From an uncultured Alphaproteobacteria bacterium (GTDB lineage Bacteria > Pseudomonadota > Alphaproteobacteria > Rhizobiales > Rhizobiaceae), in the NCBI GenBank assembly GCA_963816435.1, contig CAWFKS010000013.1, positions 122,848 through 186,847 of the forward strand: 64,000 bases of DNA, written 5' to 3'. The position numbers were made by a program, and so were the translations under genes. Below the pieces are notes generated by a model. The model was not told the origin of the DNA and did no database searches. It saw nothing but the letters and a program-made list of their open reading frames with translations. This document shows, piece by piece, positions 1 to 11,445 of the stretch. Within the stretch, counting starts at the first letter, position 1. Each line of letters opens with the position of its first letter.

Positions 1-227
1 CGGCGGCCGGGATGACGGCGGAGGAGGTGGGCCGCATGGCCGACATCGTCGCCGAACTCAACCGGGAGGCCGCCATCATCATCGTCGAGCACGACATGCA
101 GTTCATCCGCTCCATCGCCAGGAAGGTCACCGTGTTCAGCCAGGGCCGCATCCTGATCGAGGACGACGTCGAGACGGTGATGCGCGATCAGGCAGTGCGC
201 GACGTCTATCTCGGCAAGAAGGCTTAG
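1..227 (+). CDS. ABC transporter ATP-binding protein, C-terminal part (LivG/UrtD-like; 5-prime end outside window)
   Basis: The frame is open to the window edge. The IIIVEHDMQFI H-loop region and the C-terminal VRDVYLGKK tail are typical of branched-chain/urea-amide type ABC ATPases. A second ABC ATPase gene starts 5 nt downstream. Confidence 0.8.
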   Translation, partial: AAGMTAEEVGRMADIVAELNREAAIIIVEHDMQFIRSIARKVTVFSQGRILIEDDVETVMRDQAVRDVYLGKKA

Positions 228-232
228 CGGCG

Positions 233-2659
233 ATGGCTGGCGACAAGGCGCTCGAAGTCAGGTCACTGGCCGCCTCCTACGGACGGATACCGATCCTGCA
301 TGGCATCGACCTGCATGTGGCGGATGGCGAGATCGTCGGGATTCTCGGCCACAACGGCATGGGCAAGTCGACCCTGCTCAAGACGATCATGGGTTTCCTG
401 CCGGCGCGCGCCGGCTCGATCTCGCTCGCCGGCGAGGACATCACGCGGCTGAAGCCGCATCACCGTTCGCTGCGGGGGCTCGGCTACATCCCGCAGGGCC
501 GCGGCATCTTTCCCAAGCTCTCGGTGCGCGACAATCTGCGGCTCGCCTGGCAGCACAACGGCGAGGCTGGCGAGGAGGAGACGCTCGAAAGCGTGCTCTC
601 CGATTTTCCACGCATCCGCCGGCTTCTCGACCGCGAGGGCGGCGCGCTGTCGGGCGGCGAACAGCAGCTTCTGGCGCTGGCGCGCGGTCTGATGGCCGAT
701 CCGTGGCTGCTGCTTCTCGACGAGCCGACCGAGGGCATCCAGCCGAGCATCATCGAGGAGATGGAAGAGACCCTGCAGAGGCTGCGCACGAGCCGCGGCC
801 TGACCATCCTGCTCGTGGAACAGAATTTCGACTTCATCAGCGCGCTCGCCGACCGCGTGCTCATCCTCGAGCGCGGCAGGATCATTGCCGAGTTCGACGG
901 CGCCTCGCTCAGCGATCCGCGCCAGATCGAGGAGTTCCTCGGCTTTGGCGGCGTGCGCCGCACCCGCGGCGGTGCGCCGGCCCAGCCTTCTGCCCGGGCC
1001 CACGCGCCAGCCGAAGCAGCCGCGCCAGTCACCGTCGTGGCCGGCACGAATGGCGGCTTTGTCGATACCAGGCGGGCACCGGAGCCGCGCCGTTCCCAGG
1101 ATTCCAGTCATGCCCGGCCGGTCGCCGGTCCCACGGAGGCACGCATGAGCGTCAGAAGGCCAACCCTCGAGCAGATGCGCGACGTCGTGCACGGGCTCGG
1201 CATGTCGATGGGCGAGCGCGAGATGCTCGACTACCTGACGCTGATGGAGTCCAACTTCCAGGCCTACGACATCATCGACGCGATGCCGGACAATCTGCCG
1301 AAGGTGAAATACCCGCGCACCCCCGGCTATCGGCCCTCCGGCGCCGAAAACCCGATGAACGCATGGTACGTGAAGTCGGAGGTGCGCGGTGCGGCCTCGG
1401 GCCCGCTTTCGGGCAAGAAGATCGTGCTGAAGGACAATGTGTGTCTTGCCGGCGTGCCGATGATGAACGGCGCCTCGACGCTGGAAGGCTATGTGCCGGA
1501 CGTCGACGCCACCGTGGTGACGCGCATCCTCGACGCAGGCGGCACCATCCTCGGCAAGGCTCATTGCGAGTATTTCTGCCTGTCGGCGGGAAGCCACACC
1601 AACGCGACCGGTCCCGTCCACAACCCCTATCGCATGGGCTACAACGCGTCGGGCTCGTCGTCGGGCTGCGGCGCGTTGGTCGGCGCCGGCGAGGTCGAGA
1701 TGGCGATCGGCGGCGACCAGGGCGGCTCGATCCGCATGCCGGCCTCGGTCTGCGGCGCCTACGGCATGAAGGCCACGCACGGGCTGGTTCCCTATACCGG
1801 CATCATGCCGATCGAGCCGACGATCGACCATGCCGGCCCGATTACAGCGACGGTGCGCGACAATGCGCTGCTCCTGGAGGTGATCGCCGGCGAAGACGGG
1901 CTCGATCCGCGCCAGTATTGCCCGAAGGTCGACCGCTATACCCAGGCCGTCGGCATGGGCGCGTCGGGCCTGCGCATCGGTCTCGTGAAGGAAGGCTTCG
2001 GGCGCCCGGAATCGGAGGCCGATGTCGACGCCAAGGTGCGGCAGGCGGGCGAGAAATTCCGCTCTCTCGGGGCGATGGTGGAAGAGGTGTCGATCCCCAT
2101 GCACCTCACCGGCGCGGCGATCTGGACGCCGATCGCGCTCGAGGGCCTCACCGACATCATGATGCACGGCAACGGTTTCGCAACCGGTTGGGAGGGGCTC
2201 TACGTCACCAGCCTGCTCGACTACCATTCGAACTGGCGGGCGCGGGCGAACGAGCTGTCGAAGAGCCTGAAGATATCGATGTTCGTCGGCGAATACATGC
2301 AGAAGCAGTATCGCGGGCACTACTACGCCAAGGCACAGAACCTCAGCCGCCTCTTGCGCCAGGCCTATGACGACGCGCTGGCGAAATACGACCTGCTGCT
2401 GATGCCGACGACGCCGATGAAGGCGCAGCCGCTGCCGGCACCCGACGAGCCGCTGGCGGTGCAGATCCAGCGCGCCTTCGAGATGGTCGGCAACACCTGT
2501 CCGTTCGACACGTCCGGCCACCCGGCGATGAGCGTGCCCTGCGGTCTCAGCCAGGGCCTGCCGGTGGGAATGATGCTGATCGCCAGGCACTACCAGGAAA
2601 GCACGATCTACCGCGCCGCCGGCGCCTTCGAGTCGCTGGGCGACTGGCGGGCCATGTAG
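233..2659 (+). CDS. In-frame fusion: LivF/UrtE-like ABC ATPase (N-terminal) + amidase-signature-family amidase (C-terminal)
   Basis: One uninterrupted 808-aa ORF. The N-terminus has Walker [10 protein letters not shown], signature LSGGEQQ and Walker B LLLLDEP. A linker of about 65 aa rich in Ala/Pro/Arg follows. From the internal ATG at 1145 ([10 protein letters not shown]) the sequence is an amidase with the Gly/Ser-rich motif [13 protein letters not shown]...[13 protein letters not shown]. Confidence 0.8.
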   Translation: MAGDKALEVRSLAASYGRIPILHGIDLHVADGEIVGILGHNGMGKSTLLKTIMGFLPARAGSISLAGEDITRLKPHHRSLRGLGYIPQGRGIFPKLSVRDNLRLAWQHNGEAGEEETLESVLSDFPRIRRLLDREGGALSGGEQQLLALARGLMADPWLLLLDEPTEGIQPSIIEEMEETLQRLRTSRGLTILLVEQNFDFISALADRVLILERGRIIAEFDGASLSDPRQIEEFLGFGGVRRTRGGAPAQPSARAHAPAEAAAPVTVVAGTNGGFVDTRRAPEPRRSQDSSHARPVAGPTEARMSVRRPTLEQMRDVVHGLGMSMGEREMLDYLTLMESNFQAYDIIDAMPDNLPKVKYPRTPGYRPSGAENPMNAWYVKSEVRGAASGPLSGKKIVLKDNVCLAGVPMMNGASTLEGYVPDVDATVVTRILDAGGTILGKAHCEYFCLSAGSHTNATGPVHNPYRMGYNASGSSSGCGALVGAGEVEMAIGGDQGGSIRMPASVCGAYGMKATHGLVPYTGIMPIEPTIDHAGPITATVRDNALLLEVIAGEDGLDPRQYCPKVDRYTQAVGMGASGLRIGLVKEGFGRPESEADVDAKVRQAGEKFRSLGAMVEEVSIPMHLTGAAIWTPIALEGLTDIMMHGNGFATGWEGLYVTSLLDYHSNWRARANELSKSLKISMFVGEYMQKQYRGHYYAKAQNLSRLLRQAYDDALAKYDLLLMPTTPMKAQPLPAPDEPLAVQIQRAFEMVGNTCPFDTSGHPAMSVPCGLSQGLPVGMMLIARHYQESTIYRAAGAFESLGDWRAM

Positions 2660-2700
2660 GCGGAAGGACGCGCCGGCAGGCATTGCACGGGAGGAAAGCG

Positions 2701-4470
2701 ATGACCATTCTGTCGGAATCCATGGCCGGAAAGCTGTCGACCAGCTTCTTCGACCATCCCGGCGACGCGGCGGCATCCGGCGCCACCATCGCGCCCGTGG
2801 ACGGCAAGTCGTACGTGTCGGGCGACCGCTCGGTGCCGTTGCGCCGCGCCACGATCCCGCAGGTCTTCGCCGAGACCGTCTCGCGCTTCGGCCCCCGCGA
2901 GGCGGCCGTGTTCCGCGCGTTCGGCAGGCGCTACACCTATTACGATCTCGACCGGGAGGTCGACGCTTTCGCCAGCGGCTTGCTGAGCCTCGGCATCGAG
3001 CCCGGCGACCGAGTCGGCATCTGGTCGCCGAACCGGCCCGAATGGCTGATCACCCAGTTCGCGACGGCGCGGATCGGCGCCGTGCTGGTCACGATCAACC
3101 CGGCCTACCGCGTGTCGGAGCTCGAATACGCGCTCAACAAGGTGGGCTGCAAGGCGCTGGTGACGGCCGCCAGCTTCAAGAAGTCGAACTATCTGGAGGC
3201 GATCGGACAACTCGCTCCGGAACTCGCCTCGTGCCGCCCGGGCGCGCTCGCGGCGGCCAAGCTGCCGCAGCTCAAGACCGTGATCCGCATGGGGGCGGAC
3301 AAGAGCCCCGGCATGTTCAATTTCGACGAGGTGTCGCGAACCGGCGGTCCTGCGCAGCAGTTGCGGCTCGACGCGATCACGCGCTCGCTCGATCCCGACG
3401 ACCCTATCAACATCCAGTTCACCAGCGGCACGACGGGATCGCCGAAGGGCGCGACGCTCACGCACTACAACATCGTCAACAACGCCTATTTCACTGTCAG
3501 GACGATGGATTTCACCGAGACGGACCGGCTGTGCATCCCCGTGCCGCTCTACCATTGCTTCGGTATGGTGCTCGGCACGCTCGGCTGCGTGACGACAGGT
3601 TCGTCGATGGTGTTTCCGGGCGAGGCGTTCGAGCCGGCGGCGACGCTGGAGGCGGTTTCGGAGGAGCGCTGCACGGGTCTCTATGGCGTGCCCACCATGT
3701 TCGTGGCGATGCTCGACCACCCCGATTTCCGCAGGCACGACTATTCGAGCCTGCGGACGGGCGTCATGGCCGGCGCCCCGTGCCCGATCGAGGTGATGCG
3801 TCACGTCGTCAGCTCGCTTCACATGCCGCAGGTGACGATCGGCTACGGCATGACCGAGACCAGCCCGATCTCCTTCCAGAGTGGCATGGCCGACGAGCTG
3901 GAGGACCGTGTCTCGACCGTCGGCCGCATCCATCCGCATGTCGAGGTCAAGATCGTCGACGAGCGCGGCCATACCGTCGATGTCGGTGTGCAGGGCGAAT
4001 TGTGCACCCGTGGCTACTCGGTGATGCGCGGCTACTGGAACGATGAGGAGCGCACGCGCGAGGCGATCGACCGGGGAGGGTGGATGCACACCGGCGACCT
4101 GGCCACCATCGACGCGCGTGGCTTCTGCCGCATCGTCGGGCGCGTCAAGGACATGGTGATCCGCGGCGGCGAGAACATCTATCCGCGCGAGATCGAAGAA
4201 TACATCTATCGCCATCCGAAAATCGCCGAAGTGCAGGTGTTCGGCGTTCCCGACGCCAAATACGGCGAGGAGGTCTGCGCCTGGATCGTGCTGCATCCCG
4301 GCGAGACGATGACGGAAGACGAGGTCAAGGCCTTCTGCCAGGGGCAGATCGCGCACTACAAGGTCCCGCGCTACGTGCGCTTCAAGGATGCCCTGCCGAT
4401 GACGGTTACCGGCAAGGCGCAGAAATTCGTGATGCGCGACGCCATGGTCGAGGAACTCTCGGCTGCGTAG
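2701..4470 (+). CDS. AMP-dependent acyl-CoA synthetase/ligase
   Basis: AMP-binding motifs [12 protein letters not shown] and GYGMTET, and a C-terminal GKAQKF-type lysine region. A GGGAGGA Shine-Dalgarno sits just upstream of ATG 2701. The track ORF starts at an upstream TTG at 2683. Confidence 0.9.
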   Translation: MTILSESMAGKLSTSFFDHPGDAAASGATIAPVDGKSYVSGDRSVPLRRATIPQVFAETVSRFGPREAAVFRAFGRRYTYYDLDREVDAFASGLLSLGIEPGDRVGIWSPNRPEWLITQFATARIGAVLVTINPAYRVSELEYALNKVGCKALVTAASFKKSNYLEAIGQLAPELASCRPGALAAAKLPQLKTVIRMGADKSPGMFNFDEVSRTGGPAQQLRLDAITRSLDPDDPINIQFTSGTTGSPKGATLTHYNIVNNAYFTVRTMDFTETDRLCIPVPLYHCFGMVLGTLGCVTTGSSMVFPGEAFEPAATLEAVSEERCTGLYGVPTMFVAMLDHPDFRRHDYSSLRTGVMAGAPCPIEVMRHVVSSLHMPQVTIGYGMTETSPISFQSGMADELEDRVSTVGRIHPHVEVKIVDERGHTVDVGVQGELCTRGYSVMRGYWNDEERTREAIDRGGWMHTGDLATIDARGFCRIVGRVKDMVIRGGENIYPREIEEYIYRHPKIAEVQVFGVPDAKYGEEVCAWIVLHPGETMTEDEVKAFCQGQIAHYKVPRYVRFKDALPMTVTGKAQKFVMRDAMVEELSAA

Positions 4471-4589
4471 GGAAACCGGCAGAGCGACCGGAAACTTTCA
4501 ATGGACGGCCGGGTTGCGCGGGCGCTAAGCTTCGCCGGTTCATGTGCATGCACCGCGCAAGAAGAACATTGGGCATGTAGGGGGCACGG

Positions 4590-5576
4590 ATGGGGAAGCT
4601 CGGATCGTCAGGCTGGAGCGCGCTCAATCAGGAGCGCATCGTTCTGCTGACGGCCATCGCGATCTTCGTCGCCGCCTCCGTGGGCCTGCCCGGCTTTTTT
4701 CAGACCGACAATCTCGTGGCCATCGTGCGCTCGGTGTCCGTGCTCGGCATCCTGGCGCTCGGAATGGCGGTCGTCATCATCGGTCGTGGCATCGACCTTT
4801 CGGCCGTGGCCATCATGGCGATGTCGGTGGCCTGGTACCTGCAGCTCCTCAACAGCGGAATGAGCGAGATCGAGGCCTTGCCGCTGGCGCTCGCAGGCGT
4901 CATCGCCGTCGGCCTGCTCAACGGGTTCCTCGTCGCCTATGCCGACGTCCCGGCGATCTTCGTGACGCTGGCGACCGGCTCGCTGGTCTTCGGCTACGTG
5001 CGCTCGCAGCTCATCACCCAGGACGCGGTGCCGGTGCCGACCGGCCACTGGGTCGAGCTTCTGGGCGGCGTCCGCTATGCGGGCATCCCGGTCGAGGTGT
5101 TCATCTTCGCCGCCTTCGCCTTCGTCATCTTCCTGTTCCTGCGCTACACGAAGTGGGGCCGCTACGTCTATTACGCCGGCGACAACCCGGTCGCGGCGCG
5201 CATCGCCGGCATTCCGGTGCGGCCCATGCTGGTGCTGCGCTACGTGATTTCGGCGGTCATCGCCTTCGTGGCCGGCCTCCTGACCGCGGCCAGCCTGCAT
5301 TCCATGAACACCCGCGTGGTCAACTCCACGCTGCTCTACGACATCGTCCTGGTCACGGTGATCGGCGGCATCGGGCTTTCGGGCGGCAGGGGCGGGGTGC
5401 GCAACGTGCTGTTCGGCGCGGCGCTGATCGGCATCATGCTCAACGCGATGACGATCCTCGACATTCCGCTGCTCTACCAGAACCTCATCAAGTCGACGAT
5501 CCTGCTCGGCGCCATCATCCTCGATGGTCTCATCAATCCGCGCGACGAGCAGACCTCGCAACAGGGGGACATCTGA
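4590..5576 (+). CDS. Sugar ABC transporter permease (RbsC/AraH-type)
   Basis: Polytopic hydrophobic protein. The motifs GRGIDLS and GIGLSGGRGG are typical of ribose-type (CUT2) permeases. Confidence 0.85.
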   Translation: MGKLGSSGWSALNQERIVLLTAIAIFVAASVGLPGFFQTDNLVAIVRSVSVLGILALGMAVVIIGRGIDLSAVAIMAMSVAWYLQLLNSGMSEIEALPLALAGVIAVGLLNGFLVAYADVPAIFVTLATGSLVFGYVRSQLITQDAVPVPTGHWVELLGGVRYAGIPVEVFIFAAFAFVIFLFLRYTKWGRYVYYAGDNPVAARIAGIPVRPMLVLRYVISAVIAFVAGLLTAASLHSMNTRVVNSTLLYDIVLVTVIGGIGLSGGRGGVRNVLFGAALIGIMLNAMTILDIPLLYQNLIKSTILLGAIILDGLINPRDEQTSQQGDI

Positions 5577-5628
5577 GGCGGGACGACGACAAAGCAATCA
5601 TGGACCAGGCAAACCGAGAGGGAACGAC

Positions 5629-6657
5629 ATGAGACATATGCAAATGCTCCTTGCAGCAGCAATCCTGCTTGCCGCCGGGCTTGTGGCCGGCGTGCACCGC
5701 GCCGAGGCGGCCGATCCCGGGCCCGAAGCCTATTCCAAGGCGCTCAGCGGAAAGCGGGTGATGCTGGTGCCGCTGGCAATGGGCTTCGACCTGGCACAGG
5801 GCTGGGCGGCGATCCTGCAGCGCGAGGTCGAGGCGTTCGGGGGAACCTTCGAGACGCGCGATCCGAACTGGAGCACCGATGCCGGCGCCCAGGCGATCAC
5901 CACCGCCATCTCGTCGGGCGACAAGCCGGACGTCCTGATCATCATGGCGCCGGATCTCAACTCCTATTCGCGTCTGATGAAGAAGGCGCAGCAGCAGGGG
6001 ATCTACGTCATCCTCATCGACAACCCTGCCAACTTCCCCGCTGACGCCTATGTCGGCGGCGACTGGAACCGGCTCGGCCAGCTCGAGGCGGAGGCGGTCG
6101 TGAAGGGCTGCGGCGACAACTCGTCGAAGAAGATCGGGCTCGTCCAGGGCGACGAGGTCAACGCCACCAGCCTCTACCAGTACGACGGCGTCATGGAGGT
6201 GCTGAAAAAGCACCCGGATTTCGAGGTCGTGGCCAAGCCCGATTCCAACTGGGACGCGACCACGTCGCGCAACGTCACCACCACCATGCTGCAGCAGCAT
6301 CCCGATATCTGCGGCATCATCGACTTCTGGGACGGTGACGCCACCGGTGCGGCCGCCGCGATCCGCGACGCCAACCTGCAGGACAAGGTCTATCTCGTCA
6401 CCACCGGCGGCGGCGAGGAGACGACCGACTGCGCGCTGCTTCAGGACGGCACCTTCGACGCGGTCGTTTCCACCGAGCTCGTCAACGAGAGCGAGGCGAT
6501 GGTGGCGATGATCAAGTACCTGCTGCAGAGCGGCCAGCCTGCGGGGACGGCGTCCACCTACATCTACACGCTGCTGTCGACGATGACCAAGGAGAACCTC
6601 AACCCGAGGAGTTGCTGGAGCCTCAAGGCGCTGCAGCAGCAGGCATCCGCCGAATAG
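5629..6657 (+). CDS. Periplasmic sugar-binding protein (type I periplasmic binding fold, RbsB-like)
   Basis: ATG 5629 gives a signal peptide MRHMQMLLAAAILLAAGLVAGVHRAEA. The mature part resembles ribose/LacI-fold binding proteins. The track ORF starts further upstream at 5524. Confidence 0.8.
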   Translation: MRHMQMLLAAAILLAAGLVAGVHRAEAADPGPEAYSKALSGKRVMLVPLAMGFDLAQGWAAILQREVEAFGGTFETRDPNWSTDAGAQAITTAISSGDKPDVLIIMAPDLNSYSRLMKKAQQQGIYVILIDNPANFPADAYVGGDWNRLGQLEAEAVVKGCGDNSSKKIGLVQGDEVNATSLYQYDGVMEVLKKHPDFEVVAKPDSNWDATTSRNVTTTMLQQHPDICGIIDFWDGDATGAAAAIRDANLQDKVYLVTTGGGEETTDCALLQDGTFDAVVSTELVNESEAMVAMIKYLLQSGQPAGTASTYIYTLLSTMTKENLNPRSCWSLKALQQQASAE

Positions 6658-6729
6658 CATTTGACGACGCGCGGCGGCCGGCTTGGGTCCGGCCGCCGCC
6701 ACACCTGCATCGAGCGGCGAACCGAATTC

Positions 6730-8855
6730 ATGTCCTTCCGCGAAAACTTCCAGGCTTGGCGCTACAACGCCATCCCGGACCACCTCATTGGCGAAATCCT
6801 GACCAAGCGCTGGATCGACAACGCCATCCCCTTCCTGGCCCTGGTCGTCACGCTCGCCGTTTTCGGCAGCATCATACCGGGCTTCTTCAATCCGTTTTCG
6901 CTGCAGGAATCGACCCGACAACTGGGCGAGTTCGCCATCGTCGTGATCGGTCTTAGCGTCGTCATGCTCGGCGGCGGCATCGATCTCTCCGTCGGCTCGA
7001 TCTTTGCGCTTTCGGCATTCTCGACCGTTTCGGTGTTCTTCATCTTCGAGCTGCCGGTGTGGCTGGCCTTCGTCGCGGCTGTGGCTACCGGCATCGTTTT
7101 CGGAGCGATCAACGGCTACCTGGTCGGATTCCTGCGCCTGCGCGCGTTCCTGACGACGCTGGTCACCTTCATCATCGGCCGCGCCCTCTACGACATACTC
7201 GTCGTCAATTTCGCCTCGCAGGTTCAGCTCTCCGGCGCCATGTCGGATGTCTGGGACTTCATCGGCGCCGACACGATCTTCGGCCTGTCGGTGCCGGTGC
7301 TGGCGGCGCATCGTGCTGGCGATCATTACCCATGTCGCGCTGACGCGTTCGCGCCCCGGCTGGCACCTGCTGGCGGTGGGCGGCTCCAGGCGCTCGGCCC
7401 ACAACGCCGGCATCCGCGTGCGCCGCACCGTCTTCATGAGCTACGTCTTCTCCGGCTTCTGCTCGGCCGTGGCGGGCTTCCTCTTCGCCGCGCGCCTTTC
7501 CGGGGCCGGGCCCGGCACGGGCTCGGGCATGGAGATCCTGGCGCTGACGGCCGCCGTGGTCGGCGGCAACAGCCTCGGCGGCGGACGCGGCTCGGTCGCC
7601 AAGGCGCTGATGGGCGCCGTCATCGTGCTGGTGATGACCAACGGGCTGATCAGGCTCGGCTACGGCACGGGCACCAATCAGATGGTGCTCGGCATCCTGC
7701 TTGCCGTCGCTGTGACCATCGACATTCGCTGGCTGAAGAACCGGCACAAGGTGCTCAACGAGGTCTATGTCGCGCCGGTCTACCTGAAGATGGGTCAGGC
7801 GCAGTCGGCGGTGCCGGGCTCGGGCACGCCCTACGAGCTCAACAACAAGCTGTCGGAGGCCGAGCATATCGGGCTCGGCGAGCTCGAAGGGCCCGAGGAC
7901 GTCATTCTCGACCGCGACGACAATCTCTACTGCGGCACGCGCCACGGCGAGATCATCCGCTACTTCGCGCCGGACTATCAGCGCTGGGAGGTGTTCGCCC
8001 ATATCGGCGGGTTCCCGCTGGGGCTGGCGATGGACAGGGACGGCAACCTGATAACCTGCGTCGGCGCCATGGGGCTCTACGCGATCTCGCCCGACCGCGC
8101 AGGTGACGCAGCTTTCCGCCGAGACCAATCGCTCGTGGAGCTCGGTCGTCGACGACGCGCGCCTGCGCGATCCCAACGATCTCGACATCGCTCCCGACGG
8201 GCGCATCTATTTCACCGATTCCACGACGCGCTACGACGCGCACGAATGGGCGCTCGATTCCATCGAGAACCGCGGCACCGGACGCCTGCTGGTCTACGAT
8301 CCGAAGGACGGCTCGACGCGCACGTTGCTCGACGGCTACCGCTACACGAACGGCGTCTGCCTGGCGCATGACGGCAAGTCGATCCTGTTCGCCGAGAGCT
8401 GGGCCTGCCGCATCCACCGATACTGGCTGGAGGGGCCAAAGGCCGGCAAGGCCGAGTGCATCATCCGCGACATGCCCGGCTACACCGACAACATCAACCG
8501 CGCGTCCGACGGCACCTACTGGATGGCCTGGCTCGGCATGCGCACGCCGAGCTTCGACCTGTCGCTGCGCCATCCCGGCATGCGCAAGCGAATGACCCGT
8601 CGCCTGCCGCAGGACGACTGGCTGTTTCCCAACATCAACACCGGCGGCGTGGTGAAGTTCGACGACACCGGCCGCATCATCGAGACCTTCGGCGACCTTT
8701 CCGGCGTGTCGCACCCGATGGTCACTTCGATGCGCGAACACAAGGGCCATCTGTTCATCGGCGGCATCCTCAACAATCGCGTCGGCCGCTACCGGATCGA
8801 AGGCGCCGACCCGAACTGGACGAGCTACGACTCCTACTGGGGGAAGCGGCCGTGA
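6730..8855 (+). pseudogene. CUT2-type ABC permease fused to a strictosidine-synthase/SMP-30-like beta-propeller domain; two frameshifts
   Basis: The reading continues across three frames. Frame 1 covers 6730 to about 7308. Frame 2 runs to about 8100. Frame 3 runs to 8855. There is no stop between the permease end (IDIRWLKNRHK) and the propeller (LGELEGPEDVILDRDDNLYCG...DGRIYFTDS...). Each junction looks like a 1-nt insertion. Confidence 0.75.
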
Positions 8856-9911
8856 TCTTCGAACCCATCCTCGACTTCTTCCGCGGCAAGGCGATCACGA
8901 TCCCGCCGCTCGACGGCGCCTTTCGTCCCAACACGCTGCTCGACGAGGCCGCGCTCGTGGCGAAACTTGCCGCGGCCGACAATCTCGCCGTGCTCGACGG
9001 CAGGCTGATCGCCAGCAGCGGAAACATGCTGTTCTCCGTCAGTCCCGATGGCGGCGGCGCCGACAAGCTCGACACTTTCGCCGCGCCAGTCACCGCCGTC
9101 GCCGTGTCGCCGGCGGGCGAACTCGCGGTTGGGCTCGACGACGGCTCGCTTCTGATCGATGCCGAGAAGATGTCGCTGCCGGCAGAGGTGCGCTGCATCA
9201 CCGCGCTCGCCTTCGGCCCGGACGGCACGCTGTGGCTGGCCAACGGATCGGCCAGGCACGCGCCGTCGGAATGGTCCGCCGACCTGATGGAACTCAACCG
9301 CTCCGGTTCGGTCTGGCGCCGCGATCCCGGCTCGGCGAACTTCCAACGTGTGGCAGACGGTCTGGGCTTCCCCTACGGGCTGCTGGCCGATCGGGACGGC
9401 GTCTTCGTCAGCGAAAGCTGGCGCCATCGGCTCCTTCGTCTCGATGGCGCAGGCAGCTCGCACCGTGGTCGCCGACCATCTGCCGGGCTATCCGTCGCGC
9501 CTGTCGCCGGCGATCGGCGGCGGCGCATGGCTTTCGATGTTTGCGCCGCGCAACCGGCTCATCGAGCTGGTCCTGCAGGAGACGCACTACCGGCTCGACA
9601 TGATGGCGGAGGTGCCGCGCGAATACTGGATCGCGCCGGCGCTGGCCTCGCGCCAGAGCTTCCTCGAGCCGCTGCAGTGCGGCGGCATCACGACAATGGG
9701 CGTGCGCAAGCCTTGGGCGCCGAGCCGGTCCTGCGGCATGGTCGTGCGGCTCGACGAGGCGATGCTGCCGCTGTCCAGCATCCACAGCCGCTCGAACGGC
9801 GAGCGCCACGGCACCTGCAGCGCGGTCGAGCACGACGGGCGGCTGTTCGTCGCCTCGCGCGGCGGCGACTGCCTGGTCGCCGTGGACATCGCCGCGCAGG
9901 GGAGGCACTGA
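8852..9911 (+). pseudogene. Second SMP-30/NHL-like beta-propeller protein; one frameshift near 9450
   Basis: The GTG start overlaps the upstream stop (GTGA). Frame 2 (...GVFVSESWRHRLLRLDG) continues in frame 3 (AARTVVADHLPGYPSRL...GRLFVASRGGDCLVAVD). Confidence 0.65.
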
Positions 9912-9912
9912 C

Positions 9913-11411
9913 ATGGACACGATCGTCAGGCTGGAGGGCGTCACCAAGCTCTATCGCGGCGTCGCCGGCCATCAAGGATGTCGACTTCGAACTGAAGAAG
10001 GGGGAAATCCACGCGCTGCTCGGCGAGAACGGCGCCGGCAAGTCGACGCTGACCAAGGTGATGGCCGGCGTCGTCGAGGCGACGTCCGGGACGATGTACC
10101 ATCTCGGTCGGCAGACGAGCTTCGCGTCTCCCAACGAGGCGCTCGAGGCCGGCATTGCCATGGTCTTTCAGGAGACGAGCCTGGTGCCGTCGATGACGGT
10201 CGCGCAGAACCTCTATCTCGGCACCGAGAGCTTCCTGAACCGCCTGCGCGGCACCTACATCGCCGCCCAGCAGTTCCTGCAGTCGCTGAATTTCCCGGTC
10301 GATCCGGCCGCCATGGTCGAGACGCTGGGTGCTGCCAAGCGGCAGATGGTCGAGATCGCGCGCGCCGTCCACCACAATGCCGAGGTCATCATCTTCGACG
10401 AGCCGACCGCCTCGCTGACGCCCGAGGAGAAGCGCCACTTCTTCGACCTCATGCGGCGGCTCAGGAAGCGGGGCGTCTCCATCGTCTTCATCTCGCACGC
10501 GCTGGAGGAGGCGCTGCTGATCGCCGACCGCATCACCATCATGCGCGACGGCGAGGTGGTGGTGACCGACGACACCTCGGCTTTCGACCGCGACAAGATC
10601 ATCGCCGCGATGGTCGGCCGCTCGCTGTCGTCGGAGCTCTACCTGCAGCGCGACGAGACGCAGGATCCGCCCCGCCGGCAAGCGCGTGCTGTCGGTGCAG
10701 GACATCTCGATGGGCGCGGTGGTGCGCAACAATTCTTTCTCCGTCTTCGAGGGTCAGGTGACGGGGGTGTTCGGGCTGGTCGGTTCGGGACGCACGGAGA
10801 CCTTCAAGATCGTGTCGGGCGTCTACAAGCGCGACTTCCTTCGCGGCGGCACGATCGAGCTCGACGACAGGCCGGTTCGCTACTACGTGCCGCGCGAGGC
10901 GATGAAGGACGGCATCGTCTACGTGACCGAGGACCGCAAGAGCGAAGGTTTCTTCGAAACGATGTCGATCGCGGAAAACCTGTTTTCGGGCGTGCTCTCG
11001 TCCGGGCGCGAGAACTCCTGGGTGATCAGCCTCAAGGAGATGCGCGAGCTCGCGGCGAGCTGGACGGAAAAGCTCAACATCAGGGCGATCAACGACAACG
11101 CGCGAGTGGTCGAGCTCTCCGGCGGCAATCAGCAGAAGGTGGTGATCGGCAAGGGGCTGGTGCAGAACCCGCGCGTCATCATCTTCGACGAGCCGACGCG
11201 CGGCGTCGATGTCGGCGCCATCGCCGAAATCCACCAGATCATCGAGAGCCTCGCCGATTCGGGCCTCGCGGTGGTCGTCATCTCCTCGTACCTGCCGGAG
11301 GTCATGAACATCTCCGACCGCATCCTGGTCTGCCGGCAGGGGCGCATCGTCGAGGAATTCTCGCCGATCGACGCGACCGAGGAAAAGATCATGTATGCGG
11401 CGGTGCACTGA
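9913..11411 (+). pseudogene. Sugar ABC transporter ATPase with two nucleotide-binding domains (RbsA/MglA-like); two frameshifts
   Basis: NBD1 motifs are GENGAGKST and IIIFDEP. NBD2 motifs are GLVGSGRTE, LSGGNQQK and VIIFDEP. The frame changes near 9966 and 10675. The track shows the pieces in ORFs 9913.., 8456..11467 and 10686..11411. Confidence 0.85.
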
Positions 11412-11445
11412 TCGACAGCGACAGCAAGGGAGTGCGAACGAAACC

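Noticed and set aside
885-1148. The +1-frame ORF whose TGA overlaps the amidase ATG (ATGA), as evidence that the ATPase and amidase are separate coupled genes.
   Set aside because: Its translation is as low-complexity as the in-frame linker, and the ATPase domain is clearly in the 233 frame. This cannot be decided from sequence alone, so it is kept as a caveat in the fusion finding.
263-2776. Very long antisense or alternative-frame ORFs (e.g. 263..2776-, 2608..4356-, 5533..7437-, 11906..13426+, 15911..18163+, 19100..20530+, 20547..23069+, 61862..62848-).
   Set aside because: They are Arg/Ala/Gly/Pro-rich with no motifs, and they lie opposite clearly homologous genes. These are the stop-codon-poor shadow ORFs typical of high-GC DNA.
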